This document shows, one piece after another, positions 30,422 through 39,500 of a stretch of DNA of 64,000 bases. The notes under the pieces were generated by a model. The model saw only the letters and a program-made list of their open reading frames with translations. It was not told the origin of the DNA and made no database searches. How positions within the stretch are numbered: the first letter of the stretch is position 1; each line of letters starts with the position of its first letter. Position numbers and translations under genes: made by a program. Origin of the DNA: Patescibacteria group bacterium UBA5738 (GTDB taxonomy: Bacteria > Patescibacteriota > Minisyncoccia > Minisyncoccales > UBA5738); the NCBI GenBank assembly GCA_002419295.1, contig DIFW01000017.1:57099-121098 (forward strand), given 5' to 3'.

Positions 30422-30880
30422 TTAAAATTCCGCCAAAAGGCGGCGAGTTTTGGCGCCGGCGATTTCAAAGCTTATCGCCCGCGCGCTTTGAGGTAAAAAT
30501 TCCGCGGCGACTTGCGGCCACTCGATTGCGACGATATTATTTTTGTCGTTTAAAATCTTCTTAATGCCCAATAATTCCAGATCGTCTTCGGCGCCAAGCC
30601 GGTAAAAATCAATGTGATAAAAATTTTCACATCCATTGCCCGGCAGCGAATATTTTTTCAAAATCGTAAAAGTGGGACTGTTGATCGTTTCCTTGATCCC
30701 CAGACCGGCGGCGAACCCTTGGATAAAATTGGTTTTACCCGCGCCCAAATCTCCGAACAACGCCAAAACGCGCGCCGCCGCGCCGGATTTTTCTCCCAGA
30801 ATTTTTCGCGCCAACAATCTCCCCAGCCTTTTGGTTTGGCCGGGCGACTCGGAAATATAAATTTGTTTTTTGTTTTTCAT
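30422..30880 (-). CDS. tsaE: tRNA threonylcarbamoyladenosine biosynthesis ATPase
   Basis: GDLGAGKT, SPTF, HIDFYRL, IEW. Confidence 0.95.
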   Translation of the reverse strand: MKNKKQIYISESPGQTKRLGRLLARKILGEKSGAAARVLALFGDLGAGKTNFIQGFAAGLGIKETINSPTFTILKKYSLPGNGCENFYHIDFYRLGAEDDLELLGIKKILNDKNNIVAIEWPQVAAEFLPQSARAISFEIAGAKTRRLLAEF

Positions 30881-30949
30881 CGAAAAATTGACTTTTGCGC
30901 GGGAGTGGGATAATTTGAATAAACCCCCGTTATCCATTCTGTCATATTT

Positions 30950-32278
30950 ATGGCCATAACTCAAAAAATAACTCAAAAAATCGTCCTGCCGCGAGAATTG
31001 ATTGATTCAATGAAAACCGATCTGGTCGGACTGGAAGCGTTTCGCGCGAAAATTGAAGAAATGTTGCGCGATCCGGAAAATACCGTCACTCAAATTATTG
31101 AAATAATTCTGGCGGGCGGCATTATTTTTGATTCTTCAGACATTCATATTGAGGGCCGGGAAAACGACGCCAAATTGAGAATGCGCTTGGACGGCGTTTT
31201 GCAGGATGTGATCTTATTTGACAAAAAAAACTACGACGCGCTAATCTCGCGCGTAAAATTACTTTCGGAAATGAAGCTTAATGTGAGCAACCGCCCCCAA
31301 GACGGCCGTTTTTCCATCGCCGCCGGGGACAATTCCGTGGAAATCCGCGCGTCAATTCTCCCCACCGAGCATGGCGATTCGGTAGTGATGAGAATTTTAA
31401 ATCCCAAAAATCTGATCAATCTGGAAGAAGCCGGATTGCGCAAAGACCTTTATGAGATGTTTCTGGAACAGATTGGACGGCCCAACGGCATGGTTATCGT
31501 CACCGGACCCACCGGATCGGGCAAGACCACCACGCTGTACGCATTTTTAAAAAAATTGCAAAGCCCGGAGGTGAAAATTGTGACCATCGAAGATCCAATT
31601 GAATATCATTTGGAAGGCATTTCCCAAACCCAAGCGGAGCCCGACAAAGGATATGATTTTGTTTCCGGATTGCGCGCTATCGTGCGCCAAGACCCGGATG
31701 TTATTCTGGTAGGTGAAATCCGCGATTTGGAAACCGTGGATATCGCCCTGCAAGCCGCGCTCACCGGCCATTTGGTATTCTCGACCCTGCATACCAACGA
31801 CGCGGTCGGAGCAATCCCCCGCCTGATCAGCTTGGGCGCCAAGCCGTTTAACATCGGTCCGGCGATCAATATGGCCATTGCCCAGCGCCTGGTCCGGCGC
31901 GTATGCCCCGAATGCGCAGTAATGGAATCCCCCTCCGAAGCGGAACTGGCGGAAATCAAGGATGGCTTGTCCGCCGTTATTTCGGAATTGGCCAAAAAGG
32001 GGATAGAAATTCCCGTGCTGGACGAAAACTTCAAAATCCCCCGCGCCAAAGGGTGCAAAAAATGCGCCGATACCGGCTATCGCGGAAGAATCAGCATTTA
32101 TGAAGCGTTTAAAGTGGATGATGAAATCCAATCCTATGTTTTGGGATCGCCCACCGTCCCCGGCATAAAAGAAATCGTGAAAAAGAAGGGAATGCTCACG
32201 CTCTATCAAGACGGACTGATTAAAATCGCGCAAGGCATCACCACATTGGATGAATTAAAAAGAGTGGCTGAAAAATAA
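30950..32278 (+). CDS. GspE/PilB family pilus assembly ATPase (short N-terminus)
   Basis: SDIHIE, PQDGRF, GPTGSGKTT, TIEDPIEY, RQDPDVILVGEIRD, CxxC...CxxC. Confidence 0.93.
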   Translation: MAITQKITQKIVLPRELIDSMKTDLVGLEAFRAKIEEMLRDPENTVTQIIEIILAGGIIFDSSDIHIEGRENDAKLRMRLDGVLQDVILFDKKNYDALISRVKLLSEMKLNVSNRPQDGRFSIAAGDNSVEIRASILPTEHGDSVVMRILNPKNLINLEEAGLRKDLYEMFLEQIGRPNGMVIVTGPTGSGKTTTLYAFLKKLQSPEVKIVTIEDPIEYHLEGISQTQAEPDKGYDFVSGLRAIVRQDPDVILVGEIRDLETVDIALQAALTGHLVFSTLHTNDAVGAIPRLISLGAKPFNIGPAINMAIAQRLVRRVCPECAVMESPSEAELAEIKDGLSAVISELAKKGIEIPVLDENFKIPRAKGCKKCADTGYRGRISIYEAFKVDDEIQSYVLGSPTVPGIKEIVKKKGMLTLYQDGLIKIAQGITTLDELKRVAEK

Positions 32279-32280
32279 TG

Positions 32281-32423
32281 GAAAATTTAAATATCAAAAT
32301 GGAAAATTTTGGAGTTAAAATTTAGCTTTACCAAATTTTAACGATATATAATATCCTTAATTTTAATTTTTCCCGCCAAAGGACGGATGCGCCTCGTGCG
32401 TAGATTTTTACATTTTAAATTTC
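32281..32423. repeat. Dispersed intergenic element, copy 2
   Basis: Same arms and CCGCCAAAGGACGGATGCGCCT core as 10860-11003. Confidence 0.75.
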
Positions 32424-32427
32424 AATT

Positions 32428-32595
32428 AAAAAATCCCGGGATCGGGAGTCAAATTGGTTCTGCGCCCAATTTTTAGAATTTCCCGAGGTATACCCCAGCC
32501 GCAGCCAGGATACCCATCGTAAAAAATTCCAGACTCCCAATCTCGAGATTCTCGTTTTTGCCGTTGCTCTCGCAAAACGGCGCGTTTTCTATTAC
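32428..32595 (-). ncRNA. Candidate structured noncoding RNA, family unknown
   Basis: 5' hairpin, then a rod closed by an 18-nt stem with G-U pairs on the minus strand and a U6 tail; own consensus promoter. Confidence 0.6.
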
Positions 32596-32601
32596 CTGTG
32601 C

Positions 32602-32630
32602 ATTATAGTATATTTGGTTTTTCTTGTCAA
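32602..32630 (-). promoter_or_regulatory. Perfect sigma70 promoter
   Basis: TTGACA (32630-32625), N17, TATAAT (32607-32602). Confidence 0.85.
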
Positions 32631-32831
32631 GCCCCCATTACAAAAATCACGGAACAAGAAAGAGTTGACTAAACAGGGTTTTTGGTATAGTGTGAAAGCA
32701 CAGGACGCAAAAGATGATTTTGCGATGATTTTTTGTGTCGAATTAACAAATTAAAGTCCGACTGCCGGAATTTGAACGCCCGAGATCATCGTTTCAAATT
32801 TTGCGCTTCGCGCTTTGAGCTTATCATTTCA

Positions 32832-33566
32832 ATGTCAGGACATTCTCACGCCAAAACCATCGCCCATGCCAAAGGCATCGCCGACCAAAAACGCGGCGCC
32901 GCGTTTTCCAAAATGGTGCGCCTCATCACCGTCGCCGTAAAAGACGGCGGCGCCAATCCCGAAACCAACGCCCGCCTGCGCATGGCGCTGGACCAAGCCA
33001 AGGGTATTAATATGCCCAAGGACAACATTGAACGCGCGATCGCCCGCGCCACCGGCGCCGGCGAGGGGCAAATATTTTCGGAATTTTTGTTCGAAGGTTA
33101 CGGCCCCGGCAATGTCGCGCTTTTAATTGAAGGAATCACCGACAACAAGAACCGCGCCGTTAACGATGTGAAAACCATTCTAAACCAAAACAACGGCAAG
33201 ATTGTGGGCGAAGGCGCCATCCGCTGGATGTTTGAGCGCAAAGGAATGGTAATTGTCAAAGTGGAAGACCAAGCGTCGGAAAAACAAACCAAAGAAAATT
33301 TGGAAATGGAAGCGATTGAAGCCGGCGCCGAAGATATTTATTGGTTTGAAAATGTCTTGGAAATACGCACCGCGCCCGAAAACGCCGAAGCGGTGAAAAA
33401 GGCGCTGGAAGGAAAAGGCGTCAAGGTGGAGTCATTTTCCCTGTCGTGGCTACCCAAAGAAGAAATTGAAGGCGACGAAAAAATTAAGGAGCAAAACGAA
33501 AAACTGATAGAAAAATTAACCGACAACGATTCGGTACAGGAAGTCTATTCCAATTTAAAAGATTAA
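32832..33566 (+). CDS. yebC: YebC/PmpR family protein
   Basis: MSGHS, GG.NPETN.RL, MPKDNIERAI, EGYGPG, TDNKNR. Confidence 0.95.
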   Translation: MSGHSHAKTIAHAKGIADQKRGAAFSKMVRLITVAVKDGGANPETNARLRMALDQAKGINMPKDNIERAIARATGAGEGQIFSEFLFEGYGPGNVALLIEGITDNKNRAVNDVKTILNQNNGKIVGEGAIRWMFERKGMVIVKVEDQASEKQTKENLEMEAIEAGAEDIYWFENVLEIRTAPENAEAVKKALEGKGVKVESFSLSWLPKEEIEGDEKIKEQNEKLIEKLTDNDSVQEVYSNLKD

Positions 33567-33613
33567 AAATAAACATTGAGCTTAACCCTTATTAAGCTTT
33601 GACAAAAAACATC

Positions 33614-33642
33614 AAAAAGCTCCGCGCTAGCGGAGTTTTTTT
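33614..33642. terminator. Bidirectional intrinsic terminator
   Basis: AAAAAGCTCCGC-GCTA-GCGGAGTTTTTTT. Confidence 0.75.
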
Positions 33643-33767
33643 GGTATTTGCATTTTTCTATGCAATCGCCCACATTTGATTAACCGCAAAGGGCGCGCAC
33701 CCACAGATGCAAATCAAAATTGAGGTTGTTGAGGTTTGACCTCAACACAAGATAAAAAATAGCAGAG

Positions 33768-34040
33768 TTAAAGTTGCGATACTATTCGCAAATACTCTGC
33801 TACGATAATACTTTGCAATAACTGCGGAGTTATTCCGAAATTGCTTGCAAAAGAAACGAACACTGGATCATTCAACCTGTGTGCGGCAGTAATTTGGGGC
33901 AAGGTATAATTAACAAAACCTGCCCCGCATGTAGTAACCACCAAGCAACTACTTTTATCGGGGCTTATCACATATTCAATGCTATTTTCCCCACCATCCG
34001 CATTAGTAAAGGTGGTAATATCTACTACTACTTTTACCAT
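33768..34040 (-). CDS. Hypothetical 90-aa protein (AT-rich solo gene)
   Basis: ATG at 34040 follows a TTGACA-N17-CAAAAT promoter (34084-34056); no motif recognised. Confidence 0.55.
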   Translation of the reverse strand: MVKVVVDITTFTNADGGENSIEYVISPDKSSCLVVTTCGAGFVNYTLPQITAAHRLNDPVFVSFASNFGITPQLLQSIIVAEYLRIVSQL

Positions 34041-34204
34041 CAAATCACCATAATAATTTTGCCATATTTTTAACATTTTGTCAAGATGGCTATCTGTGCG
34101 GCGCAAGCGTATAATGAATAATAAAATCAAAATACGAATTTCAGTTTGCAGGGGTCGCACCCCTGCGATTACGCAGGGGAACGACCCCCAAAATTCAATA
34201 ATTT

Positions 34205-34690
34205 ATGATAATTTTAGGTATTGACCCCGGGTTGGCAACCACCGGATTTGGGGTGGTATGTCCCATTAAAACCGGCGCGTCCAAACTCAAGTGCGTGGGA
34301 TATGGCACGATTGATACCGCGCCGGATATGATTTTGCCCGAGCGGTTGAAAAAGATACACAATGATTTGGGCCGGGTGATCACGCAATACCAACCCAAGG
34401 CTTTGGTGATGGAAAATGTTTTCTTTTTCAAGAACGCCAAAACCATTGTGCCGGTTTGCCAGGCCCAAGGAGTTATTTTGCTCGCCGCGGCCAAAAAGGG
34501 CCTGCCGGTTTACCGCTACACCCCCATCGAAGTCAAAATGACCATCACCGGGTTTGTGAAAAGCGACAAAAAAGATGTTCAATGCGAAATTCGCAAAATC
34601 TTGCGGCTGGAAGAAATTCCCAAGCCCGACGACGCGGCCGACGCGCTCTCAATCGCGGCGACATATCTTATTCGCAGTTTAAATTTGTAA
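34205..34690 (+). CDS. ruvC: Holliday junction resolvase
   Basis: ILGIDPG, E..FF.KN, YTP.EVK, PDDAADAL. Confidence 0.96.
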   Translation: MIILGIDPGLATTGFGVVCPIKTGASKLKCVGYGTIDTAPDMILPERLKKIHNDLGRVITQYQPKALVMENVFFFKNAKTIVPVCQAQGVILLAAAKKGLPVYRYTPIEVKMTITGFVKSDKKDVQCEIRKILRLEEIPKPDDAADALSIAATYLIRSLNL

Positions 34691-34799
34691 ATTTAAACTG
34701 CGATTTTCAATTTATCAAAACAAAAAACCGTTGAAATCAAATTTCAACAGCTTTTTCAATGGGTTTCCAACAGATTTATCAATATGTTATCCACAACTC

Positions 34800-34913
34800 G
34801 CAAAATTCAATAAAATGTTTTTGCGGAACCCTGCGAGCGCGACGGCGCGAACACGAGGAATTTTTCTGCAGAAAAATATCCGTGTTCCGCAAAAACATTT
34901 TATTGAATTTTGC
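34800..34913. repeat. Palindromic element with perfect 30-bp inverted repeats
   Basis: GCAAAATTCAATAAAATGTTTTTGCGGAAC at 34800-34829; exact reverse complement at 34884-34913. Confidence 0.9.
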
Positions 34914-34926
34914 ACCGCCGAACAAC

Positions 34927-36126
34927 TTATGCAACCTTGTAGAATTTTGATTTGCCAATTTGGACAACCATACCCGGCTTAATTTCAATCATTTCTTGCC
35001 AATCGGTTTTTAATTCACCGCCTACCTTAACTCCGCCTTGTTCGCACAACCGCCGCGCTTCCCCCTTTGATTTTGCCGCACTCAGCGCCACCAGCAAATC
35101 GGGAAGATTGAGAAAATTTTCTTTGACGGCAACCGTTGGAATGGTGGTCGGCAATTTGCCCTCCTGCGCCACCCGGACGAATTCTTCTTTGGCGCCATCC
35201 GCCTGTTTTTTGTCATAAAATATGGCCACGATCCGATGCGCCAAATCCATTTTAACATCCCGCGGGTGAACAATTTCTTTTTCCGTTTTTAACTTCAATT
35301 CGGCAATCTCCGTTTGCGGCGCGTCGGTCAGCAATTCAAAATAATTCCACATCAAACGATCGGAAACCGCCATAACTTGAGTAAACATTTTCGCCGGCTC
35401 TTCATTGATGCGAATATAATTATTCACCGATTTGCTCATTTTTTTAACCCCATCGGTACCAATCAGCAAAGGCACGGTCATCACATCTTGTTCGGGACGG
35501 CCGAACGCTCTCTGGACTTTGCGGCCAAACAACAAATTAAGCCGCTGGTCATAGCCGCCCAATTCGATATCGGCAGAAACCGCCACCGAATCATAACCCT
35601 GCAAGAGCGGATACAAAAGCTCCAGCATGCTCACATCCAAACCTTCTTTCAGGCGCTTTTGGAAATCTTCGCGCTCAATCAAGCGCGCCACGGTAAAACG
35701 GCCCGCCAAATCCATCAAAAACGACATCGGCTTTTGACCAAACCACTCTCGATTGTAATGTATCTCGGCTTTATCAATATCAATCACCTTCGAGGCTTGC
35801 CGAATATAATCTTTCATGTTATCCCGAATTTGCGCCTCGGTCAGGGCGGGCCGCGAAGTCGTCCGGCCCGAAGGATCGCCGATGAGCGTTGTGAAATCGC
35901 CGATTATCAATACCGCGGTATGCCCCAATTCCTGGAATTGCGCGAGTTTGCGCATCGCTACCGAATGGCCAAGATGAATGTCGGCCGCGGTGGGATCGAT
36001 GCCGAATTTAACGCGCAACCGTTTTCCCGAGGAAAGTTTTTTGGCCAGAGAATCTTTATCGATCGCCTCCTCCACTCCGCGCGCCAATATTTCTTTAATT
36101 TTTTCCGAATCGGTGTTTATCTCCAT
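34927..36126 (-). CDS. tyrS: Tyrosine--tRNA ligase
   Basis: GIDPTA..HLGH, IGDPSGR, YPLLQGYD, KMSKS, C-terminal S4 domain. Confidence 0.97.
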   Translation of the reverse strand: MEINTDSEKIKEILARGVEEAIDKDSLAKKLSSGKRLRVKFGIDPTAADIHLGHSVAMRKLAQFQELGHTAVLIIGDFTTLIGDPSGRTTSRPALTEAQIRDNMKDYIRQASKVIDIDKAEIHYNREWFGQKPMSFLMDLAGRFTVARLIEREDFQKRLKEGLDVSMLELLYPLLQGYDSVAVSADIELGGYDQRLNLLFGRKVQRAFGRPEQDVMTVPLLIGTDGVKKMSKSVNNYIRINEEPAKMFTQVMAVSDRLMWNYFELLTDAPQTEIAELKLKTEKEIVHPRDVKMDLAHRIVAIFYDKKQADGAKEEFVRVAQEGKLPTTIPTVAVKENFLNLPDLLVALSAAKSKGEARRLCEQGGVKVGGELKTDWQEMIEIKPGMVVQIGKSKFYKVA

Positions 36127-36182
36127 ATGGTTTTATTCTACAATAATAAATTCAGATAACAAATAATCGATAAAATTTCAAT

Positions 36183-38123
36183 ATGGCAATCAAATTCATC
36201 AATTTTAAAAAACAGCGCGCCGGCGGAAGGAAATTCGCGCAAATTTTGGGAAAAATTTTAGCGGCGGGCATTGTTTTGGTATTGGCCGGCGCGGTATTGG
36301 CCGGCATGGTTTTCATTTATTACACGCGCGACTTGCCGCGTCCGGAAAAATTTTCGGAAAAAACCACCATCCAATCAACAAAAATATACGACAGGACAAA
36401 AACATTCCTTCTTTATGAAATCTATGGCGAAGAAAAACGAAACTGGGTCACTTTCAGTGAGATTCCCGAACCAATGAAAAAAATGGCCGTGGCCGCCGAA
36501 GACAAAAATTTTTATAAAAACAATATTGGTATTGATATCGAGGGCATCACCCGTTCGTTTTTGAATTATTTTAAAACCGGCAAAATTACCGGCGGATCGA
36601 CAATCCCACAACAATTGATCCGCTCCACATTTCTCACCAACGAAAAAACCGCGGAAAGAAAAATCAGGGAAATTATTATGGCAATCGAGTTAACGCGCCG
36701 CTACTCAAAAGATGAAGTTTTGGAGTGGTATTTAAATCAAGTCCCTTTTGGCCAAAACACTTACGGCGTGGGCGCGGCCAGTATCAATTATTTCAAAAAA
36801 CGCGTCAACGAACTTGATTTAGCCCAACAAGCCACCTTAATATCTTTAATTCAATCACCATCCTACTATCCCAATCATTTCGATGAATTAATGAATAGAA
36901 AAAATTATGTCTTAAACCGGATGGTTGAGGATGGGTATTTAACTCCCGAAGAATCCGAAGACGCCAAAAAAATAGAAGTGAAATTTGAAGAGAAAAAAAC
37001 AGAAATGAAAGCGCCGTATTTCACCCTCTGGGTGAAACAATCCATGGAACAAGAATACGGAAAACAATATCTTGAAGAGGCCGGACTCACGGTAATCACC
37101 TCGCTTGATTGGGAAATGCAACAAACCGCCGAAGCTACGGTTCGCGACGGAGTAAGAGCCAATTACGCCAATTACGCCCATAACGCGGCGTTGGTGGCGC
37201 TTGACCCCAAGACCGGCCAAGTATTGGCAATGACAGTGGGAAGCGGTAATTATTATGACGATCCCTATCCAAAAGGATGCAATCCGGGAATTGATTGTTT
37301 ATTTGATCCCCAATATAATGTCGCGACAATGGCCCCGGGCCGGCAACCAGGATCATCGTTTAAGCCGTTTGTTTACGCCACCGCTTTTGAAAAAGGATAT
37401 TCCGACACCAGTATTGTCAACGACACGCCAACATGTTTTGGCAAATGGGGAGGTGAAAACTATTGCCCCAGAAATTATACCGGAACATTTCAAGGCCCGG
37501 TAACATTAAGAAAAGCGCTTGCCGGATCTCTAAATGTTCCCGCGGTACAAGTATTGAATTCAATGGCGGGATTAAGCGACAGCATCGCCAAAGCTAAAGA
37601 AATGGGAATCAGCACCCTTAACAACCCGTCATCCTTCTATGGCCTTGCTTTGGTTTTGGGAGGCGGTGAAACCACTTTAATAGATATGGTATCGGCCTAT
37701 GGCGTTTTCGCCGCGCAAGGACAGCGTATACCGGCAAACGGGATAGTTGACATTTTGGACAGCAATGGCTTTTCAATTTACAAAAACAACCAATCACCCC
37801 AAAAAGTTTTAAGCCGCCGCAGTGCCAATTTGATTAGCAGTATCCTTTCAGATAACAATGCCCGCGCTTATATTTTTGGCGCCAACTCGCCGCTTTATTT
37901 TCCAAATTACGAAGTGGCGGTCAAAACCGGCACAACCAGCGATTATAAAGACGGCTGGATTATCGGCTACACCCCCTCTGTCGCCGCCGGAGTTTGGGCG
38001 GGAAACAATAATAATGAGGCGATAAAAAAAGAACCGGGTTCGGTGGTCGCCGGTCCAATATTCCATTCTTTTATGGAAAAAATCCTTCCTAAATACCCAA
38101 AAGAATATTTCCCCGCACCATAA
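36183..38123 (+). CDS. Class A penicillin-binding protein (PBP1A family)
   Basis: TM anchor; transglycosylase EDKNF, GGSTI.QQL, RKIRE; transpeptidase SSFK, SLN, KTG. Confidence 0.95.
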   Translation: MAIKFINFKKQRAGGRKFAQILGKILAAGIVLVLAGAVLAGMVFIYYTRDLPRPEKFSEKTTIQSTKIYDRTKTFLLYEIYGEEKRNWVTFSEIPEPMKKMAVAAEDKNFYKNNIGIDIEGITRSFLNYFKTGKITGGSTIPQQLIRSTFLTNEKTAERKIREIIMAIELTRRYSKDEVLEWYLNQVPFGQNTYGVGAASINYFKKRVNELDLAQQATLISLIQSPSYYPNHFDELMNRKNYVLNRMVEDGYLTPEESEDAKKIEVKFEEKKTEMKAPYFTLWVKQSMEQEYGKQYLEEAGLTVITSLDWEMQQTAEATVRDGVRANYANYAHNAALVALDPKTGQVLAMTVGSGNYYDDPYPKGCNPGIDCLFDPQYNVATMAPGRQPGSSFKPFVYATAFEKGYSDTSIVNDTPTCFGKWGGENYCPRNYTGTFQGPVTLRKALAGSLNVPAVQVLNSMAGLSDSIAKAKEMGISTLNNPSSFYGLALVLGGGETTLIDMVSAYGVFAAQGQRIPANGIVDILDSNGFSIYKNNQSPQKVLSRRSANLISSILSDNNARAYIFGANSPLYFPNYEVAVKTGTTSDYKDGWIIGYTPSVAAGVWAGNNNNEAIKKEPGSVVAGPIFHSFMEKILPKYPKEYFPAP

Positions 38124-38130
38124 AAAACAA

Positions 38131-39267
38131 TCAATATTTTTTAATCGGCATTATAATATAAATAAAATCGGTTTCATTGTTGAATTTCAACAACCCCGGC
38201 CCGTCATCTCCAGAAAATTCAAAAATACATTCATCGTTTTTTAAGGCGGATAATCCGTCAATTAAAAAACGGCAATTAAAAACAATCGACATATCTTTTC
38301 CGGACGCGGAATTTATTTTTAATTCACCCTCATATTCCCCCAGCTCCGCGGAGTGGCTTGAAATTTTTATTGATTTATTTTTAATTGAAACATTAAAAAC
38401 CACCTCGCTGTTTTTTCCCGCAAAAATACCCGCGGGTTTTAAATGTCCCATTATTTCTTTTTTGGAAAATTCCGCCGATGCCGCGTATGAAGCGGGAATT
38501 ATCGCCTGATAATCGGGAAAATCACCATCGATAAGCCGGCTAAAAAACCGGATTCGCGGCTCGTCAATATCCGCGCCATTAAACAAATCTATTGTTATTT
38601 GATTACCAGATAAATATATGTTTATATTTTTTGAAATATCTCCGAATATCGCGATAATTTCGCGCGCCGCCCTTGCGGGCAAAGTTATTGCGTAATCTTT
38701 GGAAATTTTATTTGACGCGGTAATGGGAATAGTTTTTTCTCCCAACCGAAAACTGTCAGTGGCGACAAATTTTATTTTATTGGCGCCAACAACCATATAA
38801 ACCCCGTTAATTTCCGGTTTCACCGAAGAAACTCCGGTAAAACCAACAACACAAGACAACGCTTGGCAAAACAAATCCGCGCGAACGCTAAAAAAATCAC
38901 CATCACCAATAAAGGGAATCACGGGAAATTCTTCCGCGGATAACCCGTTTAAATTTGTTTTTGTTTTTCCGTCAATAATGGAAATGGAATTTTTTTGGGT
39001 TTCAATTGTTAGTGTTGGTCCGGGAAGCGATCCTATTAAACTTGATAAAGTTTGAGTTGGTAAAACAATCGCGCCATCCTCTTCAACTTTAGCAAGAGTT
39101 TCCCATAGCACCCCTGTTTCCAGATTGGTCGCGGCAATACCCATTGAATTATTTTCAACTTTTAACATAATATTTCCCAATATGGGTAATGTTAAATCTT
39201 TTCCTGTAACTTTTTCAACATAAGAAATCGCTTTTTTGAGTTTTTCTTGTAAAATTTTAACTTTCAT
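38131..39267 (-). CDS. dnaN: DNA polymerase III beta clamp
   Basis: LPILGNI, ATNLE, ATDSFRL, RLIDGDFPDY, IMP; downstream of dnaA. Confidence 0.96.
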   Translation of the reverse strand: MKVKILQEKLKKAISYVEKVTGKDLTLPILGNIMLKVENNSMGIAATNLETGVLWETLAKVEEDGAIVLPTQTLSSLIGSLPGPTLTIETQKNSISIIDGKTKTNLNGLSAEEFPVIPFIGDGDFFSVRADLFCQALSCVVGFTGVSSVKPEINGVYMVVGANKIKFVATDSFRLGEKTIPITASNKISKDYAITLPARAAREIIAIFGDISKNINIYLSGNQITIDLFNGADIDEPRIRFFSRLIDGDFPDYQAIIPASYAASAEFSKKEIMGHLKPAGIFAGKNSEVVFNVSIKNKSIKISSHSAELGEYEGELKINSASGKDMSIVFNCRFLIDGLSALKNDECIFEFSGDDGPGLLKFNNETDFIYIIMPIKKY

Positions 39268-39500
39268 TTTTTTATTGTTATTTTTTAATTTAATTAAATT
39301 TTAAAATAGTATTATTAGTTTGTGTGGATAAATTAATTTTTTAATCATAATCACCTTTAATTTTTACGATTTCTAATATGTTAATTTGTTTGTGGATATT
39401 TTTGTTGAAAAACATAACTCGTTTTTTAGTTGTTTATAATTAACATAATATTACCATTTTTTCCTGCGCCAAATAACAACTTATCCACACACAACACAAA
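39268..39500. other. Replication origin, unwinding part (dnaA-dnaN interval)
   Basis: Very AT-rich; DnaA boxes TGTGGATAA 39323-39331, TGTGGATAT 39391-39399, TTATCCACA 39481-39489; TAG-TAT-TAT-TAG trios at 39307-39318. Confidence 0.88.

Noticed and set aside
32428-32595. SRP RNA, tmRNA or RNase P RNA identity for the orphan RNA
   Set aside because: No SRP domain IV motif, no tRNA-like ends, no GAGGAAAGUCC
34731-34988. Short ORFs on both strands with a shared KFNKMFLRN peptide
   Set aside because: Artefact of the 30-bp inverted repeat
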